From: an uncultured Flavobacteriales bacterium | GTDB lineage: Bacteria > Bacteroidota > Bacteroidia > Flavobacteriales_D > Sanyastnellaceae | Assembly: GCA_965658245.1 (NCBI GenBank) | Contig: CBFHRO010000002.1 | Location: forward strand, 3,442 to 67,441 | Direction: 5' to 3' | Length of the DNA: 64,000 nucleotides | Part shown: positions 19,371 through 28,101 of the stretch, in pieces | Layout of the letters: the number at the start of each line of letters is the position of its first letter | Numbering within the stretch: position 1 is the stretch's first letter | Position numbers and translations under genes: made by a program | Notes under the pieces: model-generated | What the model was told of the DNA's origin: nothing | What the model saw: only the letters and a program-made list of their open reading frames with translations | The model's database searches: none

Positions 19371-19445
19371 GGGCGGTTAGCTCAGTTGGTTCAGAGCACC
19401 TCGTTTACACCGAGGGGGTCGGGGGTTCGAGTCCCTCACCGCCCA
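19371..19445 (+). tRNA. tRNA-Val (anticodon TAC)
   Basis: Hand-folded cloverleaf. Acceptor GGGCGGT/ACCGCCC, D-arm GCTC..GAGC, anticodon stem CCTCG/CGAGG with loop TTTACAC, T-arm GGGGG-TTCGAGT-CCCTC, discriminator A. No encoded CCA. Confidence 0.9.
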
Positions 19446-19464
19446 CTCAAAGCACCCCACAAAG

Positions 19465-19488
19465 GCCCCTGCAAAGCAGGGGCTTTTT
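19465..19488 (+). terminator. rho-independent terminator after tRNA-Val
   Basis: 8-bp stem GCCCCTGC/GCAGGGGC, loop AAA, followed by T5. Confidence 0.7.
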
Positions 19489-19534
19489 GATGCCCAATCA
19501 TGCGACAAGCTTGCTTGAGTGCATGGAGGGCATC

Positions 19535-19561
19535 AAAAAAACAGCACCGCCCAGAGGGCGG
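19535..19561 (-). terminator. possible terminator for folC (minus strand)
   Basis: On the minus strand: CCGCCC-TCT-GGGCGG hairpin, then TGCTG, then T7. The stem is short and the T-run is offset by 5 nt. Confidence 0.4.
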
Positions 19562-19653
19562 GGATGAATTTGTGGAACCGTTTGAGTCAGGGGCCCTCCA
19601 GGGTCCACCGACCGAGCAGCGCGAGGGAGGTAGTCTCCTCCCGGAACCGTGTT

Positions 19654-20928
19654 TCAGACCGGCCAATCCGCAAATCGCTGCGGTGCATCCCGCAACACAT
19701 CCCCCACCACAAACAAGCTTCCACCCACCCAAATCACATCGTTTTCCCCTGCGGCGTCTAACGCATGGGCCAGCGCCTCGACTGGACCACTCACCACGGC
19801 TCCTGACAATGCCGGTCGCAGCGTGGCGACCTTGGACGCCTCCATGGCACGAGGGATGTCCGCCGCGCACCACACGTAGGACGCATGTTCAGGCAACAAC
19901 GACATCACCTCATTGTGATCCTTGTCCGCCACGGCGCCCCAAATCACCCACAACCTTCCGCCTCGAGATTTGACCTTGGCTTCCAAAGCACGTACCATGG
20001 CCGAAACCCCATCGACGTTGTGTGCCCCATCCAAAATGACAAGAGGCCGCCCCGGAACGGCGATCTCCTGCCATCGGCCGCGTTGGCCCGTGATTGCCGC
20101 GTAGTCTGACAATCCAGAATGAATGGCCTCCCCTGAAATCACCCACCCATTCGCCTGAAGGACCTTCAAGGTGGCCAGCGCCGTGCTCAGGTTTTGACGC
20201 GTCACAAACGACGCTTCCTCGTGAAGGCGTGCCGACGCCTCGCCTTCCACGTCACGCGCAAAGTGCACCTCCGAAGACGACCGCAAAGCAGCAGCCAGCA
20301 ATTCCGACTGGGCCTCGGGCCTCATGGGGCCAAGGACGACGGGCACCCCATCTTTGAAAATGCCCCCTTTTTCCTTGGCAATGCTTCGAATGTCCGGCCC
20401 TAAGAACGCTTGGTGATCCAATCCTATGTTGGTCACCACCGCCACCTCAGGTGCCGGAATGACGTTGGTCGAATCCAGCCGCCCGCCCATCCCCGTTTCC
20501 AACACCACCACATCGCATTTCGACTGGGCAAAATGAACGAGCGCCATCCCAAACGTCAACTCAAAAAACGACGGCGTGCCCCACGCCCCAGCAGACGCTT
20601 GCCAGCGCCCCACAAAGTCCACCACAGCCTTCTCGGGAATGCACGCTCCGTTGACACGAATCCGTTCGCGAAAGTCCACGAGGTGGGGGGACGTAAAAAG
20701 CCCCACGCGATGGCCCGCTTGCTGCAGCGCCGCCGCCACCATGTGACAGACCGTGCCTTTGCCGTTGGTCCCGGCCACATGCACAAACTTCAATGCCTTC
20801 TCAGGGTTCCCCAATGCCGCGCACACCAGGCGCGTCGCACTCAAATCCGCCTTGTAAGCCGCGGGACCTTGCCGTTGAAACATGGGAAGCTGCGTGAACA
20901 AGGCATTCACCGCTTCGGCGTAGGTCAA
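19654..20928 (-). CDS. folC: bifunctional folylpolyglutamate synthase / dihydrofolate synthase
   Basis: 'HVAGTNGKGT' P-loop and Mur-ligase-like central and C-terminal domains. I prefer the in-frame TTG at 20928 ('MTYAEAVNALFTQLPMFQRQG'), which matches the usual FolC N-terminus and starts 1 nt after the tonB-like stop. The ATG at 20994 would overlap that gene by 65 nt. Confidence 0.88.
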   Translation of the reverse strand: MTYAEAVNALFTQLPMFQRQGPAAYKADLSATRLVCAALGNPEKALKFVHVAGTNGKGTVCHMVAAALQQAGHRVGLFTSPHLVDFRERIRVNGACIPEKAVVDFVGRWQASAGAWGTPSFFELTFGMALVHFAQSKCDVVVLETGMGGRLDSTNVIPAPEVAVVTNIGLDHQAFLGPDIRSIAKEKGGIFKDGVPVVLGPMRPEAQSELLAAALRSSSEVHFARDVEGEASARLHEEASFVTRQNLSTALATLKVLQANGWVISGEAIHSGLSDYAAITGQRGRWQEIAVPGRPLVILDGAHNVDGVSAMVRALEAKVKSRGGRLWVIWGAVADKDHNEVMSLLPEHASYVWCAADIPRAMEASKVATLRPALSGAVVSGPVEALAHALDAAGENDVIWVGGSLFVVGDVLRDAPQRFADWPV

Positions 20929-20929
20929 G

Positions 20930-21745
20930 TCACTCAAGGTCGAAAGTGATGGTGATGTAGCCCAAACGACGGCTCTGCGTCGCACTGGCATCAAACCGGG
21001 CAGTCATCGCCGCCCGTTGCGCCAGTTTGACGTGGTAGGAATCCGTCAGGGTCGTCAGTCTGGATTCATACACCGGACTCGCACTGATGACCTTGCCGTC
21101 TGCACCGACTTGAATACGCATGCGGACGGTGCCGGCCTCTTGGGGCTTCTCGTCCAGCCTCGGGTCGCCAATCATGCTTCCGCCTCCGACCAAGCCTTCC
21201 CCGACATCCCCGGAAACCACACCACGCCCCTCGATTTTGCCGGTCTCCTCCCCTTCGTTGCCCGTGCCTTGGGTGCTGCCTTGAGACCCCCCGCCGCCGG
21301 CGCTGGGATCCCCTGGATTGCGAAACAAATGGGCCGTGCGGTCTTGGCGTACCGGTTCAGGATCGGGCTCCGGCTCTGGATCGGGGTCTGGCTTGACGTT
21401 CACAGCCATCTCACTGGATTCCTGCGTGACAACCTCTTCCGCGAACTCTTCCACCACCGGCTCTGGCTCCGAAGCCGCCACGGATTCTTCCTCCGCTTCC
21501 TGCACCACCTCGCTGGGGGTTTCCGACTCCGTGTCGCCGCCCGCCTCGTCCGTGGAGCCAAGGTCCGCGAAGCCCACCGCGACGAATTGCTCTCCTGGCG
21601 GCGGGTCTTGGATCGTGAAGGCCGTCAAAAAGAAACACAGCGCGAGCACCCCCACGAACAAGAGGCCGCTCAACGCAGCGGCTTGTCGTTGGTTGCGCTT
21701 CTCCAGAGAGACGCGCGCTTGCTCGAGTTGTTCCTTGTTCGACAT
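20930..21745 (-). CDS. TonB-family energy transducer
   Basis: N-terminal TM anchor ('LSGLLFVGVLALCFFLTAF'), acidic/Pro-rich spacer ('KPDPDPEPEPDPEP') and a C-terminal TonB-C-like domain. It follows exbB-exbD directly. Confidence 0.78.
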   Translation of the reverse strand: MSNKEQLEQARVSLEKRNQRQAAALSGLLFVGVLALCFFLTAFTIQDPPPGEQFVAVGFADLGSTDEAGGDTESETPSEVVQEAEEESVAASEPEPVVEEFAEEVVTQESSEMAVNVKPDPDPEPEPDPEPVRQDRTAHLFRNPGDPSAGGGGSQGSTQGTGNEGEETGKIEGRGVVSGDVGEGLVGGGSMIGDPRLDEKPQEAGTVRMRIQVGADGKVISASPVYESRLTTLTDSYHVKLAQRAAMTARFDASATQSRRLGYITITFDLE

Positions 21746-21760
21746 GAGGGTCGCAGGGGA

Positions 21761-22165
21761 TTACTTGGTACTGGCCGGGTTCGAGCCCAGCATGATCTTC
21801 CACTGGTTGGCCTTGGCCATGCCGATGAGCTCGACGGTTTGGCCTGTGGGGACATTTTTGTCGACTTGCAGGTACAACACCTTCTCTGCTTGCTTGTCCA
21901 TTTCCAGCTTCAGCTTGGGCTCCAAATCCGCCCGCGAAATGGGCCGAACCTCTCCGTTCAGGTGGTAAGAGCCGTCTTCCTGGATGCTGACCGTCAAGCG
22001 GGAGGTGACGGACGTCGTGCCCTTGGAGGTGGGCAGATCCACATTCACCCCGTTGCTCACCAGCGTCGACAAGATGACAAAGAAGATGAGCAGCAGGAAC
22101 ACGAGGTCCGTCATGGACGACATGTTGCCTGTCACGCTGACTTTGTTGCGTTGGCCGAGGTTCAT
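21761..22165 (-). CDS. exbD: biopolymer transporter ExbD/TolR
   Basis: 134 aa with a single TM ('DLVFLLLIFFVILS') and an ExbD periplasmic domain. ATGA overlap with exbB. Confidence 0.9.
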   Translation of the reverse strand: MNLGQRNKVSVTGNMSSMTDLVFLLLIFFVILSTLVSNGVNVDLPTSKGTTSVTSRLTVSIQEDGSYHLNGEVRPISRADLEPKLKLEMDKQAEKVLYLQVDKNVPTGQTVELIGMAKANQWKIMLGSNPASTK

Positions 22166-22863
22166 CCGCGTGCAGGTTCTTCGAGGATGTCAATGAATTC
22201 GAGGCTGTTGGCCTCCATGCGGTGCACCACTTTGCTGACTTTGCTCACCAAATGGTTGTAGGCCATGAAGGCCAAAATCCCGACGATCAAACCCACAATC
22301 GTGGTCACCATCGCTTGCTTGGTGCCGGACGAGATGTCGCTGACTTGCACCGTCCCGGCCGCCTCCATGTCCAAAAACACGTTCACCATCCCGATGACGG
22401 TTCCCAAGAACCCAACCATCGGCGCCGCACCGGCCACTGTGGCCAAGGTGCTGAGGTTTTTCTCGAGTCGGTAGATTTCGAGCTTGCCCACGTTTTCGAT
22501 CGCCACGCTGATGTCCTTGAGCGGCTTGCCAATGCGGCTGATGCCCTTGTCGAGCATGCGTCCGAGGGGTGTGTTGCTGTCGCTGCACAGGTTCCGCGCG
22601 CTGCTCAAGTTGCCTTGCGAGATGTAATCCTTCAGGCGGTTCATGAAGTCGGGGCTGACCTTGTCTGCTTTTTGGATGGCCAAAAAGCGCTCAAAAAACA
22701 CATACATCCCGATCAAACTCATCAGCGCAAGGGGAAGCATGATGTACCAACCGCCCTCCATCAAAAGCTGAAGAACGTTGACGTCCACCTCTGTGATTTC
22801 AGGGGCGGCATCCACCGCATCCGGAGCGGCTTGGAGCAAAAGGAAAGCGAGGGTCGAGTGCAT
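22162..22863 (-). CDS. exbB: MotA/TolQ/ExbB proton channel protein
   Basis: The ATG at 22863 gives a signal-like N-terminus. Conserved 'LATVAGAAPMVGFLGTVIGM' channel motif. Confidence 0.9.
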   Translation of the reverse strand: MHSTLAFLLLQAAPDAVDAAPEITEVDVNVLQLLMEGGWYIMLPLALMSLIGMYVFFERFLAIQKADKVSPDFMNRLKDYISQGNLSSARNLCSDSNTPLGRMLDKGISRIGKPLKDISVAIENVGKLEIYRLEKNLSTLATVAGAAPMVGFLGTVIGMVNVFLDMEAAGTVQVSDISSGTKQAMVTTIVGLIVGILAFMAYNHLVSKVSKVVHRMEANSLEFIDILEEPARG

Positions 22864-22986
22864 GGACGGAAGGATTCCAGGTTTGAACGTACAAGTTCCC
22901 CAGAATATTGGCCCTTTGTCCACCCTACGGCCCTCAGTTATTCAACGCTGTGGGTTCACAACGCCATCCTTCGAGAACGCCTTTCG

Positions 22987-24363
22987 TCACGCAAACATCA
23001 GCAGATACACCCCCGCGCCAGCGAAGTACCCCAACACCGCCAACAAGCTGATTTTCTTGAGGTACCACACAAAATCGATGCGCTCGAGGCCCATCACGGC
23101 CACCCCGGCTGCGGAACCGATGATCAGGGCCGAGCCTCCGGTTCCTGCGCAGTAGGCGAGGAACTGCCAAAAAATCCCATCCTGCACGAACATGCCTGTC
23201 CACGCATCCGTCACGGCGGCTGCAGGAACCACGTCGTACATGCCCATGCTCGCAGCCACGAGCGGGACGTTGTCGACAATGGCACTCAACAGACCAATCG
23301 CCAAGTCAATGAGGTACACATCGTTCAGGCTCGTGCGCAGCCAATCTGCGGCAAGCAACAAATGTCCCGCCTCCTGGAGAGAGGCCACGGCAAGCAGGAT
23401 GCCAAGGAAAAACAGCACCGACGCCGTGTCGATTTTGCGCAACACCCCGATCACCGTGAGGTGGGCTTTCTCCTCGATGTTTTTGGAATGGTGAAGTCGC
23501 TCCGTGAGCATCCACAGCGCCCCCAAGCTGAGCATCATGCCCATGAAGGGAGGAAGGTGGGTCACTGTCTTAAACACGGGCACAAACAACAAGCCCGCCA
23601 CCCCCGCGCCAAACACCAAATTGCGCTCAAACGGCGTCGTCGGATCCCACTCCTCATTGTCATCCGCCACGGGACGGTCGATTTCGCCATTGAGACGCAC
23701 ACTCAACACCGCCAGCGGCACGAGCAAGCAGACCACGCTGGGCAAGATCAAGTTCCCGATGATGGTGGTTGTGGTCAGCTGACCGCCGATCCACAGCATG
23801 GTCGTGGTGACGTCTCCGATCGGAGACCAAGCCCCTCCAGCATTGGCTGCGATGACCACCATCCCGGCGAAGAGCCAGCGGGTTTGGCGGTCGTCGATGA
23901 GTTTGCGCAACAACGACACCATCACAATCGAGGTGGTCAGGTTGTCCAGCAGCGCGGAGAAGAAGAAGGTGAGGATGCAGACGATCCACAGCATTTTGAC
24001 CTTGTTTCGGGTCTGAATCCGGTCCGTGATGACCCGAAATCCCTCGTGCGCATCGACCAATTCCACGATGGTCATGGCCCCCATGAGGAAGAACAAAATG
24101 CTGCTGATCTCCTCCATGTGATGAAGCAGCCTGTGTTCAAAGAACTGCGCCAACCCCCCGTGGCCGCTTGCACCGTGATCGGCCGCAAACAACTGGTATT
24201 CCTCAGCAAGGTGGGCAGGCACGTCGTGCCATCCTAGCACGAACAAAGCCCAACACACCGTGCCTGTCACCAGCGCCGAAGCCGCCTTGTCAATGTGAAT
24301 GTTGTGCTCCAAGGCGATGAACGCATACCCCAGAATGAAAACGACGAGAATGAAAATGTCCAT
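22987..24363 (-). CDS. Na+/H+ antiporter NhaD-like (ArsB/NhaD permease superfamily)
   Basis: 458-aa polytopic membrane protein. The overall pattern is recalled as NhaD-like ('GGAWSPIGDVTTTMLWI', 'DNVPLVAA'). Confidence 0.7.
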   Translation of the reverse strand: MDIFILVVFILGYAFIALEHNIHIDKAASALVTGTVCWALFVLGWHDVPAHLAEEYQLFAADHGASGHGGLAQFFEHRLLHHMEEISSILFFLMGAMTIVELVDAHEGFRVITDRIQTRNKVKMLWIVCILTFFFSALLDNLTTSIVMVSLLRKLIDDRQTRWLFAGMVVIAANAGGAWSPIGDVTTTMLWIGGQLTTTTIIGNLILPSVVCLLVPLAVLSVRLNGEIDRPVADDNEEWDPTTPFERNLVFGAGVAGLLFVPVFKTVTHLPPFMGMMLSLGALWMLTERLHHSKNIEEKAHLTVIGVLRKIDTASVLFFLGILLAVASLQEAGHLLLAADWLRTSLNDVYLIDLAIGLLSAIVDNVPLVAASMGMYDVVPAAAVTDAWTGMFVQDGIFWQFLAYCAGTGGSALIIGSAAGVAVMGLERIDFVWYLKKISLLAVLGYFAGAGVYLLMFA

Positions 24364-24426
24364 GGTCAGTATTGTAAAGGCAAGATGTGACTCAATGTTC
24401 GGTCCGCGAAGAAGGGGAGGTCAACT

Positions 24427-25665
24427 TCACATCAAGAAATTCAGTGCGCGCTCAAACGACTTGGCGGTGAAGTGCGTTGCCTCGGAATGGGACTCTTGAA
24501 CGTGGGCCAAGGCCGTCCGGATCACCTTCGACGTGTCTTCAAAAATGGCCGCGTCAGACATGTCGACGTCTTCGTCTCCCATGAGGTACGCGAAGACCCT
24601 CGCCATGCCGCAGTTGGCAATGAAGTCGGGAATGACCGTCATGTGCGCGTCGGCGTATTCCGCAATCGGCCCATAGAAAATCTCGTTGTCTGCAAAGGGC
24701 ACATTGGCGCCAGACGAAATCACCTCGACACCAGCCGCAACCATGCGCTCGACCTGGTTTTGCGTGACGAGACGGCTCGCCGCACAGGGCAAAAACACAT
24801 CTGCCTCCACATCCCAAATGGCCGCGTTGACTTCTTCAAACGATTGCAACCCCTCGGCCTTGAGCGCATTCCCTTCCTTCGCCAAAAAGAGCTCCTTGAC
24901 CTCTTCATACGTCATGCCATCAGGACGAATCAACCCGCCAACGCGGTCGATGATGCCGACGATGCTCGCTCCCGCTTGGGCGAGGTACAGCGCTGCGGCT
25001 GCGCCGACGTTGCCCCAACCTTGAACCACCACCTTTTTGCCAGCCGAGCTGGACCCTGTTAAATCGTAGTAGTGCCGGACAGACTCACTCACGCCATAAC
25101 CAGTGATGAGGTCCGCCACGCGAATTTTCCGTTGGACGTCTGGGCTGATCGCGGGGTCTTCCACCGGTTGTGACACCCCCTGGCGGAGGTTGCCGATGCG
25201 GCGCACTTTTTGGGCTTCGTTGGGCTGAAAGTGCCCCGAAAACACACCTTCTTGCGGGTGCCAAACCCCGTTGGCCTCGGTCATCGGGATGACCTCGTGG
25301 ATTTCGTCGACGTTGAGGTCGCCTCCCGTTCCGTAGTAGTGCTTCAGCAGTGGCGTCACCGCCTTGTACCAGCGCTCGAGGACGCCTTTTTTGCGCGGAT
25401 CTGCTGGGTCGAAATCAATGCCGCTTTTGGCGCCCCCAATGTGCGGGCCCGACACGGTGAACTTCACCTCCATGGTCTTCGCGAGACTCTCCACTTCGCG
25501 CTGATCGAGCCCCTTCCTCATCCGTGTACCACCGCCGGCAGCGCCGCCTCTCAAAGAGTTGATGACCACCCATCCTCGGGCTTCCGTTTCGCTGTCTTGC
25601 CACGCAAACACAATTTCTGGTGCGCGGTTTTCGTAGGCTTTCAGTAGGTCTTTCATGCGGTTCAT
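24427..25665 (-). CDS. Glu/Leu/Phe/Val-family (glutamate) dehydrogenase
   Basis: 'GGAAGGGTRMR', catalytic-Lys region 'IGGAKSGIDFDP', NAD(P) Rossmann 'VVVQGWGNVGAAAA'. ATG at 25665 ('MNRMKDLL'). Confidence 0.85.
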   Translation of the reverse strand: MNRMKDLLKAYENRAPEIVFAWQDSETEARGWVVINSLRGGAAGGGTRMRKGLDQREVESLAKTMEVKFTVSGPHIGGAKSGIDFDPADPRKKGVLERWYKAVTPLLKHYYGTGGDLNVDEIHEVIPMTEANGVWHPQEGVFSGHFQPNEAQKVRRIGNLRQGVSQPVEDPAISPDVQRKIRVADLITGYGVSESVRHYYDLTGSSSAGKKVVVQGWGNVGAAAALYLAQAGASIVGIIDRVGGLIRPDGMTYEEVKELFLAKEGNALKAEGLQSFEEVNAAIWDVEADVFLPCAASRLVTQNQVERMVAAGVEVISSGANVPFADNEIFYGPIAEYADAHMTVIPDFIANCGMARVFAYLMGDEDVDMSDAAIFEDTSKVIRTALAHVQESHSEATHFTAKSFERALNFLM

Positions 25666-25725
25666 TTCAGTCGCGTTTGCGAAGGTAGGCCAAACCCCAC
25701 CTTGGCGATTGCACCTCAACCAGGG

Positions 25726-26850
25726 TCAAGCGCCTCGGGGACTGCTCCCCCAAAGGGCGCCGCCAGACGTGGCCACCCGAGCGCCCGTGACGCTGGGCAA
25801 GGCGTTGGGCAACCCCAACCACCGGAGCAGTCCGAGCCAAGCGAAGACCAACGCCTCCTTGCCGTGGACCAAGGCATCTTCCGGCACGTGCCAGGTGACG
25901 TTTCGTTCCGCGGTGGCCTGCTTCAGTGCGGCCATCAACGTGGGGTTGCAAGCCCCGCCGCCGGTCACAAGAACCCGGGCACCGGCGGGGACGTCGCGGG
26001 CCACGGCCCAGCTTGCGTACGCCACGGCCGTGGCCAAGACGTCATTCAATGCATGTGCTTGCAAGGCATGTTCTGCATGGGGCCAAACCTCCTGCTCAAG
26101 CCACTCTCGGCCCAAACTCTTGGGGCCGGATTGACCGTGAAAGGGCAGGGATTGCCACGTTTCGAGAACGTGCGGCAACACGGAACCCTCCGCGGCCATG
26201 GCCCCATCGCGGTCCATGTCGAACCCGACGGTTTGGACCAAGCGATTCAACAACAAGTTTGCCGGTCCCACATCCCATGCCAAGCGGGTTCCGGCGGCAT
26301 CGTCCATGCTGAGGTTGGCGAATCCTCCAAGGTTGAGGGCCACGTCCCAGTCGCCGAACAACATTTGGTCTGCCAAAGGCACCAGGGGTGCGCCCTGCCC
26401 CCCCATTGCCACATCCAAGCTCCGCAAATCACTCACCACCGGCACGCCCAAATGCGCGTGCAAGACGGCGCCATGGCCGATTTGGCAAGTCCACCCTTCG
26501 TCGGGACGGTGAAAGACGGTGTGGCCGTGGGAGCCCACGACATGAGGGGGGGACACCCCCGCGCTTGTCATCCAAGCCCTGACCTCTTTGCCGGTCCACT
26601 GCGCCCAGGCTGTGTCGAGACGCATGAGGTCTTCCGCGCCCAACGTCATGGCATCCCAAAGCTGGTCGCGCAACGCCTCCGGATAGGGAAACGTGGCGAA
26701 GGCATTCATGGTGAAAGACCAGGCCTTGGTTTGGGCGTCTTGAAAGAATTGTACCGAGGCCACATCCAAGCCATCCACGGACGTGCCACTCATCAGACCG
26801 AGGGCATGCCATCCATCGAGAGGGCACCTGCTGTTATCTTCGCCACGCAT
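25726..26850 (-). CDS. anmK: anhydro-N-acetylmuramic acid kinase
   Basis: N-terminal 'GLMSGTSVDGLD' and an ASKHA-fold body. ATG at 26850 was chosen. The 26934 start would remove the divergent promoter region shared with the acyl-CoA dehydrogenase gene. Confidence 0.85.
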   Translation of the reverse strand: MRGEDNSRCPLDGWHALGLMSGTSVDGLDVASVQFFQDAQTKAWSFTMNAFATFPYPEALRDQLWDAMTLGAEDLMRLDTAWAQWTGKEVRAWMTSAGVSPPHVVGSHGHTVFHRPDEGWTCQIGHGAVLHAHLGVPVVSDLRSLDVAMGGQGAPLVPLADQMLFGDWDVALNLGGFANLSMDDAAGTRLAWDVGPANLLLNRLVQTVGFDMDRDGAMAAEGSVLPHVLETWQSLPFHGQSGPKSLGREWLEQEVWPHAEHALQAHALNDVLATAVAYASWAVARDVPAGARVLVTGGGACNPTLMAALKQATAERNVTWHVPEDALVHGKEALVFAWLGLLRWLGLPNALPSVTGARVATSGGALWGSSPRGA

Positions 26851-26933
26851 CGGGAGGGAATTTACTGCGCAACAGGAGTGACCGAACGACGCTGACATTT
26901 GGACTTTTTCACCTCTATGAAAGGAAGCAGGCA

Positions 26934-28076
26934 ATGAACCTCAACCTCACAGAAGAACAACTTGCGGTGCGCGACGCCGCCCGCGATTTCGCCCAAAACG
27001 TCCTCAAACCAGGAGTGATTGAGCGCGACCGCGACCAACGTTTCCCTTCCGACGAAATCCGTCAACTTGGCGAACTCGGTTTCATGGGCATGATGGTGGA
27101 TCCCAAGTACGGCGGGTCAGGCATGGACACGGTCAGCTATGTGCTCGCCATGGAGGAGATCAGCAAAGTCGACGCCTCCACCAGCGTGTGCATGAGCGTC
27201 AACAACTCCCTCGTGTGCTATGGCCTTCAAAAGTATGGTTCTGAGGCGCAGAAAGAGAAGTTCCTTGTCCCACTTGCCTCAGGCCAAAAAATCGGCGCCT
27301 TCTGCCTTTCCGAGCCCGAAGCTGGCTCCGACGCCACCTCGCAACGCACCACCGCGGTCGACATGGGGGACCACTATCTCCTGAACGGCACCAAGAACTG
27401 GATCACCAACGGCAACAGCGCGTCAACGTACCTCGTCATCGCCCAAACCGACCCTGACAAAGGCCACCGCGGCATCAACGCATTGATCGTCGAGCGCGAC
27501 ATGCCAGGCTTCCAAATCGGTGCCAAGGAAGACAAACTGGGCATCCGGGGTTCAGACACCCACACCTTGATGTTCCAGGACGTCAAAGTGCCCAAGGAAA
27601 ACCGCATTGGCGAAGATGGGTTTGGATTCAAGTTTGCCATGAAAACGCTGAGCGGCGGCCGCATTGGCATTGCCGCCCAAGCCCTCGGGATCGCCTCTGG
27701 CGCCATGGAACTGGCACTTGCTTACTCCAAAGAACGCAAGGCGTTTGGGAAGGAAATCCACAAGCACCAGGCGATCGCGTTCAAGCTCGCGGACATGGCC
27801 ACGCAAATTGAAGCTGCCCGGCTGTTGACCTTGAAATCCGCTGCCCTCAAGGACGCGGGTGAGAACTACGATTTGGCCTCTTCCATGGCGAAGCTTTACG
27901 CCTCCGAAGTGGCCATGAAGCAAACCGTGGAAGCCGTTCAAATTCACGGAGGATACGGATTTGTAAAGGAGTACCACGTGGAGCGCCTCATGCGGGATGC
28001 CAAGATCACGCAGATCTATGAAGGCACCTCTGAAGTCCAGAAAATTGTCATCAGCCGCGCCGTGCTGTCGGACTGA
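26934..28076 (+). CDS. acyl-CoA dehydrogenase (short/medium-chain type)
   Basis: Full-length ACAD. 'FCLSEPEAGSD', 'GGRIGIAAQALG', C-terminal 'YEGTSEVQ'. Confidence 0.92.
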   Translation: MNLNLTEEQLAVRDAARDFAQNVLKPGVIERDRDQRFPSDEIRQLGELGFMGMMVDPKYGGSGMDTVSYVLAMEEISKVDASTSVCMSVNNSLVCYGLQKYGSEAQKEKFLVPLASGQKIGAFCLSEPEAGSDATSQRTTAVDMGDHYLLNGTKNWITNGNSASTYLVIAQTDPDKGHRGINALIVERDMPGFQIGAKEDKLGIRGSDTHTLMFQDVKVPKENRIGEDGFGFKFAMKTLSGGRIGIAAQALGIASGAMELALAYSKERKAFGKEIHKHQAIAFKLADMATQIEAARLLTLKSAALKDAGENYDLASSMAKLYASEVAMKQTVEAVQIHGGYGFVKEYHVERLMRDAKITQIYEGTSEVQKIVISRAVLSD

Positions 28077-28101
28077 TCTGCACCTTAGCCAGCGCAGCCG
28101 T

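Noticed and set aside
19371-19653. tRNA-Val as a possible integration site for a mobile element.
   Set aside because: No integrase, phage or transposase gene lies on either side. The flanking genes (a methyltransferase and folC) look like native core genes. I did not see a direct repeat of the tRNA 3' end downstream.
22222-24237. A 671-aa plus-strand ORF antisense to exbB and the NhaD-like gene.
   Set aside because: Same codon-aligned antisense geometry (triplets at positions equal to 1 mod 3 on both strands) and low-complexity His/Arg/Gln-rich translation. The sense strand has clear ExbB and permease signatures.
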